Positions 22,552-32,296 of a stretch of DNA of 64,000 nt are shown one piece after another. Numbering within the stretch: the stretch's first letter is position 1; each line of letters starts with the position of its first letter. Under the pieces are notes generated by a model. The model had not been told where the DNA came from and ran no database searches. It saw nothing but the letters and a program-made list of their open reading frames with translations. The position numbers were made by a program, and so were the translations under genes. Source of the stretch: Pristiophorus japonicus (taxonomy: Eukaryota); assembly GCF_044704955.1 (NCBI RefSeq), contig NC_091998.1, positions 43,400,001 through 43,464,000 of the forward strand, written 5' to 3'.

Positions 22552-23931
22552 ATACTGCACCGATCTTGTTTCCCACAGACCAGGTTACGGATCCTCACGA
22601 TTGACAGGACGACACTGGCCAAGACCGAAGCCGAGGGAAAATGGAGAAGCGAGAGCTGCAGCATGACTCACAAACATTATCAATCATCAATGTGCTTCGA
22701 GAAGCGATGGTGCACTGAGGATACGGGAAGGGGAGAGTCTCCGCTGGAGATGTTATCGGACTGTTATTAAATCCCCTACACCTTACGAGGCGGGGACCAA
22801 GTCACGCCACCCATTTTTCTTCCTCTCCCCCTCAATGCTTACGATACATGAGGGGTCAATAAGGATATTTCCTCCTCAAGGTGGGGAGTTTGTAAGAATA
22901 AAAGTGTTTATTAATTGATTCTGTGTATGTATAAATGTTAAAAGTGTAGATTAACGGGAAGACCTGTTTGTGTTGAGATAAAATGGAAGCCCACAGATTG
23001 CCAGCATCAGCTAAGTTTTGTAAGAAACAAAATGAAAGCCCCCAGAGCTGCCGCATGGGTTTTGTGTATTGGAAAGCCATTTAAACTAATCAAAGATGGC
23101 TGAGCCAGACCAGACAGCCACATGTGTGAGGAGCGCCAATGGGGAACTGCCCTGGAGCCAGGGTCCAATCGTGGGGCTTTCGGAGGGACAATGGCTTTGA
23201 GGTTTAAAAGAACTCAGCCAAAGACTTTTCTCTCTCTCTTGGACACATGGCACGAGACATCCCTGAAGACCAGCTAAAACAGCAAGCTGTGAGTGCAAAC
23301 CAGCCCGCAAAAGGGACGTAACGTATATCACTCGTTATTATAACCTCATTGTAGCTCTGTTTTAACATAATTGACAACTGTTGGTAATGTGCATGTGCGT
23401 GTCTTTTTAAGATAACTGATTACTGCTGCTAATGTGCATGTGTGTATGTTTTTAATAAACTCTTCTAATTGTTTGGAAAGAATCATCTCACTGTCAAATG
23501 TAAGCCCAGAGAGATTCAGAAATCTTACAGCAGTTCAGAGAAGGTTCACTAGGTTGATTCTGAAGATGAAGGGTTTGACTTATAAAGGAAAGGTTGAGTA
23601 GCTTGGGCCTCTATTCATTGGAATTCAGAAGAATGAGAGGTGATCTTATCGAAACGTATAAAATTATGAGGGGGCTCGACAAGGTGGATGCAGAGAGGAT
23701 GTTTCCACTGATGGGGGAGACTAGAACTAGAGGGCTTAGAATCTTAGAATAAGGGGTCACCCATGTAAAACAGAGATGAGGAGGAATTTCTTCTGAGGTT
23801 GTCAATCTGTGGAATCCACTGCCTCAGAGAGCTGTGGAAACTGGGAATTTGAATAAATTTAAGAGATAGAAGTTCTTAACCGATAAGGGATTAAGGGGTT
23901 ATGGAGAGCGGGCGGTGAAGTGGACCCGAGT

Positions 23932-24126
23932 GCCACATACCAGGGAGTGTGGTGGCTGGTGTGCAATAGCCACCGCACATTAAAAAAAATCCACGCACAA
24001 GCATCTTCCAGCCTTCAAGATTTAATTCGGGACCTGGAATTTTAGGTCCTTTGTTGAAACCTCCGTGAACTTTTTGATGTGGAAGCAAGTCATCCTCGAT
24101 TCGAGGGACTGCCTATGATGATGATG
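23932..24126 (+). mobile_element. 5'-truncated RTE-derived bipartite SINE
   Basis: RTE 5'UTR/ORF-start sequence (ttcgggacctggaat) fused to the RTE 3' end (ggaagcaagtc...gagggactgcctatgatgatgatg). Confidence 0.75.
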
Positions 24127-26180
24127 GGATGATGGACCCAGTCCATAATCGGATCAGCCATGATTGTATTAAATGGCGGAGCAGGCTCGAGGGGTCGTAT
24201 GGCCTACTCCTGCTCCTATTTCTTATGTTCTTATGGAACAGAGGAGGCGGAGGAGATTTAATTGAGGTGGATAAAATTATGAGGGGCCTAGATAGTGGAT
24301 AAGAATGACTCGTTTCCCTTAGCAGAGGGGTCAATAACCAGGGGGTATAGATTTAAAGTAATTGGTAGAAGGATTAGAGGGGAAATGAGGATATTGTTTT
24401 TCCACCAGAGGGTGGTGGGGGTCTGGAACTCACTGCGTGAAAGGGCAGTAGAGGCAGAAACTCTCATCACATTTTAAAAAGTACTTGGATGTGCATTTAA
24501 AGAGCCATGACCTACAGGGCTATGGACCTAGTGCTGGAAGATGGGATTAGGCTGGGCAGCTCTTTTTCGACCGGCATGGACACAATGGCCTGCTTCTGTG
24601 TGGTAATTTTTCTATGATTCTATAATTGCTATGTTAGAAACATAGAAACTCGTGACTGAGAGTGCCGGGTGATACTGGATTGGGCTCAACTGAGCGGCCC
24701 TCTCCCTGGTTGAATGCCCAATCCAATACTCAGTACTAAACATCAATCAAGTTTCAATACAAAACCCATCGTTCAAAACAGCCAAGGAAAAAAAGGAGAG
24801 AAATTGGGATAGAGGAAGTGCGTGACACCAGTCGCCACTTCCAAAGGCCTGAAGATTGTCGGGGAGAAAGGCAGAACTCAATAGTGCGGAGATCCTGGGG
24901 AAAAGCACTCCAGGGTCTAGATCATAGTAGTTTATTTTACTATTATTGTAGGGAAACCTCATGTTTAAAGGAATGAGAGGAATATTTATGCTACGTTATA
25001 AAGCATTGCTTAGACCTCTGCTGGAGTACTGTATCCAATTTTGGGCATCACACTTTCGGAATGACGTCAAAGCCTTAGAGTCGGTGCAGAGATTTATGGG
25101 AATATCATCAGGGACAAGGGACCTTAATTCTGTGGAAAAATTAGAGAAGCTGGGAATGTTCTCCTTAGAGCAAAGATTAAGGAACGATTTAATAGTGTTC
25201 AAAATTGAGGGGTTGAAATATTTGCAGATGCTCAGTGAATCCATAAAAGAGGATTGCCAAGATGGCTATCAGTCAGATATAATGGTGTAGAGTGAAGCTC
25301 GCCGTACTCTGATACTGCATTTAACACATTCCATACACACACATTTTGTGATAGTATCCACAAGGAGCAACATCTTCTGCACCAGCCAGTCAGTCCCCAT
25401 GGTGACCGACATTACGCATCAAATGTTTCCTGACTAACATCCAGTCCCATCATTTCATGAGTAATGACAACTTTTACATACGTCCATATATTATGTCAAA
25501 GTAGCTTCAAAAATTAAAGTGGAAAATTTAGTCTTTCCTCCAAACAATAAAAATATTAAAATTCATTCAGAATATTTATGCCACTTGCGAGACAGACCTC
25601 CATATTTCATTTCTGTTCGATTCCCAATTTCTTCCCTCCCCTCCTGAAGACAGACTCTTGCTGGGGTACAGTTCCCAAGGCAGCAGTAGACCACTGTGTA
25701 TTCTTCACACGAGAGCTGAAAAGCAATAGTTAGCAGTCTCTTTGGCTTTGGAGGGCATGACAGCCAAGTCTGATCCTGTTCTCGCATAACACATTTACAC
25801 GCTTATGATTTGCAGCAAGGGTCACTGGACAGTGATCCCGAGAGAGAGGTCTGGCTGATTTTTCCCTGCTTACCCCAGCAGCACCAAGGCTAACTGTGCT
25901 GCTCCTGCTGAGATCTATTAACTCAGAGGAGTACGGGATTGAACCCGGGGCGAGAGTTACTGGATACAACTTTCACAGTCTCAAAATAAACCCAGCAACA
26001 CATTGATAATCAGTGTGTGATAATCCATTAACCACTTAAAACCAAGTAGGATTTGAAGTTATTCATCTACATATTTATATATTCAGTAACTTACATTTAG
26101 CACAATGATGATAAGTAAACCGTTAAAGTTTACAGTATCAAAAAACTGAATGGACAGCTTATTGAAGGTATATAAATACT

Positions 26181-26186
26181 TTTATT
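26181..26186 (-). terminator. Candidate POLM polyadenylation signal AATAAA
   Basis: AATAAA on the minus strand about 1.3 kb after the stop codon, in AT-rich unique sequence. Alternatives at 26591-26596 and 27448-27453. Confidence 0.35.
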
Positions 26187-27057
26187 TGTTCCAAAATTAA
26201 ATCACCTTGGATAATTTCCTCTTTAAAAATCTGGACTGATGGAATCTTTTCTACGTTAACATCGAAACATGATTCGCAGCAATTTTTGTTCACACTATGG
26301 TGTTTGATAAACAGTTAACATATAAAATTAAAGCAATGCCAATTCACTGCATTTAGGAATAAGCAGCTTGAATTCAGTACTAGTCACTTACTGGGTTCAG
26401 TGTCGTAAGGACGGGACCTTTGGACCAACATTATGTAGCCTCAACAGTTTTCAATACATATAATCCACTGATATATCAAAATGACAACTGGCTACAGCAC
26501 ACGTTTTAACAAGCTTAAAACACCAGTATGGCAGAATCCAAGTATCCTTGCATCATCACTTTTGACTCCTCTGCTTCCGTAGCCAGCATCTTTATTGTTT
26601 TACTGCAGAGCAGATTTCGAGTATGACTTTGAAACCTGGCACACTCGGCTAAATCTTTAACCAAAGCAGCGTTTTAAAATGGTGTGTGTATTATTAAAAC
26701 CAATGGTTTAGCTAGATTAGAAACGGAGTATCCTAGCCATAAAGATGAAGAAGGATCCAAGTTTGGTCCTCTGTGGATTTAGCTAATTTCAGTTGAGATG
26801 CTACAATTGGGGTCAATGCCCTTAGGATGGGGATGGGGGGAGAACAATTCAGTCAGGGTTTCGATCACTATCCTGCAGACCCTGCTGGATGTGCACTTGT
26901 GCAGACTGAGAGTAATTATAAGGCTCCAAAGTAATGCCCCTTTGGATAAATAGCCTGCCACCACTCTCTGTCAAGGTTCCCAGATGAATGAGGTAACAGA
27001 AGACATCGAGGGCAGGAGAGAAATGGCAAAGAAAAAGTGCAGAGAAAAAAGGATAGG

Positions 27058-27210
27058 CGGGGCCTCGGCTTAATGACTCATCTGAAAGATGGCACCTCCA
27101 ACAGTGCAGCACTCCCTCAGTGTCAGCCTGGATTTTTGTGCTCAAGTCTCTGGAGTGGGACTTGAACCCACAACCTTCTGACTCAGAGGTGAGAGTTTGA
27201 CCACTGAGCC
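27058..27210 (-). mobile_element. DeuSINE 5' fragment in the presumed POLM 3'UTR
   Basis: Reverse complement of the SINE head (tggctcagtgg...ggttcaagtccc). Confidence 0.75.
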
Positions 27211-27484
27211 AATATGATAGACATGTCCACATGCAGGCACCATATAAAAACTACATCCCAAGATGCTTAACATATGAATACAACATACAACTTACCAATT
27301 CTACAGGACACCGTACAGGGGACATGTGTGAGCCATACAGAGCCAGATCTGGGGGGAACGGGCAGCTTTTACATGGGCAAACTGTATCAAGTGACAAATG
27401 TGCAACGTGCATTTTGCGAGAGGGTATCCCCCGAACTGTCCTCGCGGTTTATTCTCTCTACTCCTGCAGCTGGAATTCAGCAGA

Positions 27485-27571
27485 TCAAGCATTCCTTTCC
27501 CGAGGTGGTATATAGTCCAATCCGAGATGTGCAAAGATTTCCTCTTCTGTAGCAGCCGGCAAAAATTTATT
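27485..27571 (-). CDS. POLM: DNA polymerase mu, last exon 11 (NKFLPAATEEEIFAHLGLDYIPPRERNA*)
   Basis: Acceptor gaaAG|AAT at 27571, 87 nt ending in TGA at 27487-27485. Typical Pol X thumb C-terminus. Confidence 0.9.
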   Translation of the reverse strand, partial: NKFLPAATEEEIFAHLGLDYIPPRERNA

Positions 27572-28412
27572 CTTTCAAATTTGGAAGAAAATAATGTTAA
27601 CTTTTAAATTTATATGTAAAGTTATTAATCATACAATTAGCACAAGTAATATTACTTTGGTTTTAAGATGTTGTACTTGGAACATAAGAACGTAAGAACG
27701 TAAGAATTAGGAGCAGGAGTTGGCCATTCGGCACCTCGAGCCTGCTCTGCCATTCAATGAGATCATGGCTGATCTTCTAACTCAACAGTATTGAAACCTA
27801 AAAGTCAAAAGGAAGAGAGCTTTCCTCTTCTGAAGTGAATGGATTGCTATCTCTGATTTTGTACAGTTAACATAATTTCATTAGGGGCACACCACTCAGA
27901 ATTAACTGCATTAGCAATGCAGTGTGTTGGCAGATTACCGCACTACACAGCAGAGGGCAAAGCTATGGACCAATGCTTACGGAGTTCTAGCTTACTTGGA
28001 TTATTTTGTGGGCTAACTCTTTACGTACAGATAGAGTGAATTTTTTTTTTCTAATTTGGAGAATGAGTCCATAAGAACATAAGAATTAGGAGCAGGAGTA
28101 GGCCATTTGGCCCCTCGAGCATTCAATAATATCATGGCTGATCTGATCTTGGCTTCAACTCCACTTGCCCGCTCCCCATAATCCTCGACTCCCCTGTAGT
28201 CCATCTGAACTCGCCTCCAAGAGCAGAATGCCCACCTTCCAATTGCTGTGGATCACGTCACATCGTGCTGGGACGAAAGTGAGGCCGCCACAGTGAAAAC
28301 CACGATATAACATTACTTAGAATCGGACAGCACAGGAGGCCATTCAGGCCGATTAGACTTCTTTCAAAATTGTTTGGTAGATTCAGAGCCAAATTTTTGG
28401 ATTTCTTCCTAC

Positions 28413-28496
28413 CTGTTCATTATCAAACAAAGAATGGCTGTTCAAACCCATGTGCTTGAAGTGCTTGGCATATCTGCGTAGGTCTCGTTCAAAGAG
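28413..28496 (-). CDS. POLM: DNA polymerase mu, exon 10 (LFERDLRRYAKHFKHMGLNSHSLFDNEQ)
   Basis: tcctgtAG|CTC...CAG|GTAGG, 84 nt, phase 0/0. Contains the Pol mu-type NSH motif. Confidence 0.92.
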
Positions 28497-29025
28497 CTAC
28501 AGGACGCAAGGAGAAGGAAACAAGAAACAGTCATTGAAACTTAAAAGTCAAAATGGAGAAAGCTTTCCTCTTCTGAAGTGAATGGATTTCTAGCTCTGAT
28601 TTTCTGCATTTCCAGATGATGTGTTTTACCATCTATTTCCCCCCCCGCCCCCAACCAGTTATCTTCCCTTCCACACCTAAAGCCCTTAACTCTTGCTGGT
28701 GTAGGGATCCTTGGGTGTCAGTTGCTTTCCCATACGTCATTCAAATAGCCATTCTTCAATTGTACCCTAAATTGAGTACGTCAACTGCAGGGACAGAACA
28801 GCAAAGCCCACATATTCATATGGACACACCTCTGACAGGAGTCGTGCATATTATTCAGGAGTGGAAACCCCGGTTTGTTTTGCTGTTCCCTACTCCAAGG
28901 GTGCTGACGCCAACTGTAATGTCCTGTTATCTCAGCTGCAATCAGGTAACGCGTTACAAGCTGGATCCTTCCTGGTCCATCGGGCTGAGCTACTCGCGGC
29001 TAATCAGTTAAGCCCAGATAATGTG

Positions 29026-29350
29026 GGGAGCTCCCACAAACTGCAATGTGGTAATGACCAGATAATCTCTTTTTTAATATCGATTGAGAGATAAATATTG
29101 GCCAGGACACCGGGTATAACTCCCCCTGCTCTTCTTCGAAATAGTACGAGATCTTTTACGTCCACTTGAGAGCGCAGACGGGGCCTCGGTTTAATGTCTC
29201 ATCGGAAATCAGCACCTCCGACAGTGCGGCGCTCCCTCAGCACTGCACTGGGAGTGTCAGCCTAGATTTTTTTTGTACTCAAGTCCCTGGAGTGGGATTT
29301 GAACCTACAAACTTCTGACTCAAGAGGCGAAAGTACTACCCCACAGAGCC
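29026..29350 (-). mobile_element. DeuSINE (SacSINE1-like)
   Basis: Reverse complement of the head and Deu domain. Confidence 0.8.
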
Positions 29351-30685
29351 TCAGCTGAAAGAGGATTATAGGGCTGGAGGAGGTTACCAAAATATGTGAG
29401 GAGCAAGCCATGAAGGGATTTAAATATGTTAATATTTTAAAATTTGAGGCTATGGAGGACCAGGAGCCAATGTCAGACAGCAAAGACAGGGGCGATGGGC
29501 GAGCTGTACCTGGTGTGGTTAGAATATGAGCAGCAGAGTTTTGGGTGAGCTGACGTTCGTGGAGGGCAGAGGATAGGAGGCCAGCCAGAAGAACATTTGA
29601 ATAGTCAAGTCTGGCTGTGACAAAGGCACGGATGAGGGTTTCAGCATCGGATGGGCTGAGGTAGGAGCAGAGGTGGGAAATGTTATGGGGAGGTGGAACT
29701 AGGCATGATGGAGAGGATGTGAGATTGGAAGCTCATTTCAGGATTGAATAGGATGCCGTGATTGCAAACAGTCTGGCTGAACTGGAGACAGGTGTTGGGG
29801 AGAGAATGGAATTGATGGCAAGGGTTTGCGGCGAAGACTGAAGACGATGGCTTCGGTCTTCTCACTGTTTAACTGGAGGAAATCCTCATCTTCCTGCAAT
29901 ATTTCTGTTTTGCTTTTAATGCTAACCGGTCATACTAAAGAACTTGTATTTGTATAGCACCTTATCGACATCCTCAGGGCATCTTACAACCAACTTTTGA
30001 AGTACAGTCGCTGCTGTTATGTGGGTAAAATCGGCAAATTGATTTGCATACAGCAAAATCTCACAACCAGCAAATGAATGAATCACCAGGTAATTTGTTT
30101 TTTTTGGTCTTTGCAAGAGAAATGTTGGCCAGTACACCAGGAGAAACCGGCTGAGCAAGGGAAAATCCCGAGCTAAACAGCCGGCCTCTGAGCGCCATAA
30201 CAGAGGTGGGGGGCGGGGGGGGAATAAACCCTTGAAAAAACCCACCAAAAACATCCCAGATACATAGCTCACGCATAAATCGGCAAATTTTTTTTTTAAA
30301 CAATCACACTTACCCGAGATTGGCATTCCTTCCCTCACTGCAGCTCGGTCCCCCCCGCTTTCACAGGCGTCCCCGCCAGGGCTATGACCATATACAGCGT
30401 TTCGGGTTGGGCAGCAACCACAAATCGAGCCAGTGTCGCGACTCGGGGCATTGCACACCAGCTCACCTTTCCCGGGCGGTAATGCTCCACGCCCCGTCCA
30501 TACCAGCACCGAATGTCCCGGCGGAGCGCCGGAAGCTGGCCGCAAGTGCTTTCCGGCGCCATTGCCACCCTCCGGGGTGCTAAGAGGGGCGGCAGAAGAC
30601 TGAATTGCCACCCCACACTGTTTTGAATCAAGTGCCTTTGTCAGTTCTGACGAAAGGGATTGATCCAAATATTAACCGGTCTGTT

Positions 30686-31092
30686 TGTGGCGGAGGAGCG
30701 GCGAGAGATCGTGGCGGAGGAGCGGCGAGAGATCGTGGCGGAGGAGCGGCGAGAGATTGTGGCGGAGGAGCGGCGAATGAGGGTACGGGGCCCAGAAGAG
30801 CCGAGGGCCCAGGGGCAGCACGGGCCAGCCCACACTGCGATGTGTGCGCACACTAGGTCCGTGCAGCAGAGCAGGTCTCCAGTTGCCCTGGTTCAACCCT
30901 TGTCTAGCTCTGTCGAGCCCGTGTGGTGGCTGATGTGCAACAGTCGCCACACGTTAAAAAAAATCCACGCACAGGCATCTTCCACCCCCTCAATTGGAGT
31001 TCAGGATTGGAACATCGGGTCCTTCACTGAAACATCGGTGAACTCTTATGGAAGCAAGTCATCCTCGTTCGAGGGACCGCCTATGATGATGA
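30686..31092 (+). mobile_element. RTE-derived bipartite SINE with a 21-bp 5' tandem repeat
   Basis: About 4 copies of gtggcggaggagcggcgagagatc-type units, then an RTE 5'UTR-like body and the RTE 3' end with a (tga)n tail. Confidence 0.75.
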
Positions 31093-31188
31093 ACCGGTCT
31101 TTCTCAGTTGCTAACTGATCAGCAGAGTTTTGCTTTATATTTCTGTATCAGACAATAGTTGTATCGTACTATATTTAATTATACTTAC

Positions 31189-31521
31189 CTGTGAGCCTGT
31201 CCATCCCAATAAGGCATAGGCATACTGGCCAAAGGGAGCAATGACCAGGTCCACTCTCACAGCCTTCCAGTTCTTATCTCTTGCTGCAGCAGCAGATACT
31301 TGCCGAGTAGTCTCTGCATGACCAGCAAGTCCAATTCCCCCAGTCACATTCACAGCCAAAGAGTCACGATTGTTTGGTCTGTTTGGTTCTATATTATTTA
31401 CTGTCTCCTTCTTTAGTTTGAAGATAGAAAAGCATTTTGTAAAGTGATCAAATATCTCAGGCTCCTTGTTTTTCAACTTATGGTAACTGTTGTCAGTGAT
31501 GTCATCATACAATATCAGTCC
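31189..31521 (-). CDS. POLM: DNA polymerase mu, exon 9 (GLILYDD...FDHFTKCFSIFKL...WKAVRVDLVIAPFGQYAYALLGWTGSQ)
   Basis: ttttAG|GGA...CAG|GTAAGT, 333 nt, phase 0/0. Contains Loop1, the third catalytic Asp (RVD) and the GWTGS motif. Confidence 0.95.
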
Positions 31522-31744
31522 CTAAAACAATTGGAAAACAAACTTGTAACTTAACATTTACTTTTCCACAGTTCGCAAAGGTTATCAGCTTGAAAAATGT
31601 CTAGGTTGTTAAAAACGTTCATTATGCAAGGATCCTTGCTGTTATCAGAGGTCTCTGTGCTGGCCTCTTGAGCCGCCCCGATTTTAATCACTCCGCTACT
31701 GGTGGCCGTCCCTTCAGCTGCCAAAGCCCTAAAGCTCTGGAATA

Positions 31745-32296
31745 AAAACAGAGAATGCTAGAAATCTCAACGTGTCAGGCAACATCAGTGGAGAGAAAAA
31801 CAGAGCTAACTTTTCGGGTCAACGACCCTTCGTCAGAACTGCCGAATGTTCGAAAAGAGCACGTTCTTTCTTTCCCATCCCTTTTCAGTGCGAAAGAACA
31901 AAAGGGAAGGTCTGTGATAGGGTGGAAGGCAGGAGAGATTAGAGACACAAAAGGGATGATGGCCGAATTGAAATGGTAATGGCAGAAGTCAGGTAAAGGT
32001 TAATCTGGATAGGGTGTGAATGGTGTAGTAATGACCAGCTGCCATTATCGACAGAGAGAAAAAATAGAAGAAGGAAGAAAAAAAAAAAAGAGGATATGCT
32101 CTGAAATTGTTGAACTCGATGTTGAATCCAGAAGGCTGTAAAGTGCCTAAGCGAAAGAAGAGGTGCTGTTCCTCGAGCTTGCGTTGAGCTTCATTGGAAC
32201 AGTGTAGGAGTCCGAGAACGCAGATATCAGAGTGGGAGTGGAGCGGAGATTTAAAGTGACAGGCGACCGGAAGGTCAGGGTCACACTTACAGACTG
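31745..32296 (-). mobile_element. Penelope-like element fragment
   Basis: The reverse strand of 32100-32215 encodes LGLLHCSNEAQRKLEEQHLFFRLGTLQPSGFNIEFNNFR, resembling a GIY-YIG C-terminus. Related short terminal fragments lie at about 8735-8810 and 34745-34836. Confidence 0.6.

Larger units (their letters stand above)
15728..23529 (+). mobile_element. Endogenous retrovirus-like LTR element (lokiretrovirus/spuma-related), decayed, no env
   Basis: LTRs at 15728-16360 and 22891-23529 (~635 bp, TGTAAGA...TCTTACA). 4-bp TSD GCAG at 15724-15727 and 23530-23533. PPT aaggtggggagtt at 22878-22890. Remnants of gag, PR, RT, RNase H and IN. Confidence 0.9.
9220..24233 (+). mobile_element. Degenerate CR1 LINE (ORF1 esterase remnant, APE, RT end) in pieces 9220-11035, 15636-15727, 23530-23931 and ~24127-24233
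   Basis: APE motifs (GVVYRPP, GDFN) are joined directly to the RT motif KFADDTK near 10660, implying an internal deletion. ORF2 text (LLQLY|KVLVRPHLEYC, LEA|VQRRFTR) is restored across both LTR-element insertions. Ends in a (ttcttatg)n tail. Confidence 0.85.
9189..24622 (+). mobile_element. Outermost CR1 3' fragment (pieces 9189-9219 and 24234-24622) hosting the TE nest
   Basis: Joining ctggataggctggggttgttttctt-tgga-acagaggagg restores CR1 ORF2 LDRLGLFSLEQRR. TGGA is duplicated at 9216-9219 and 24234-24237. Ends in a ttctatgattcta tail. Confidence 0.7.

Noticed and set aside
15728-23529. Endogenous foamy virus
   Set aside because: The PBS is tRNA-Ala rather than Lys1,2, the protease is DTG-type, Gag has an MHR-like motif, and there are no env or accessory ORFs.
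27784-27860. snoRNA call for the 77-bp duplicate
   Set aside because: No convincing C/D or H/ACA box arrangement on the POLM sense strand. Kept only as an unexplained duplication.
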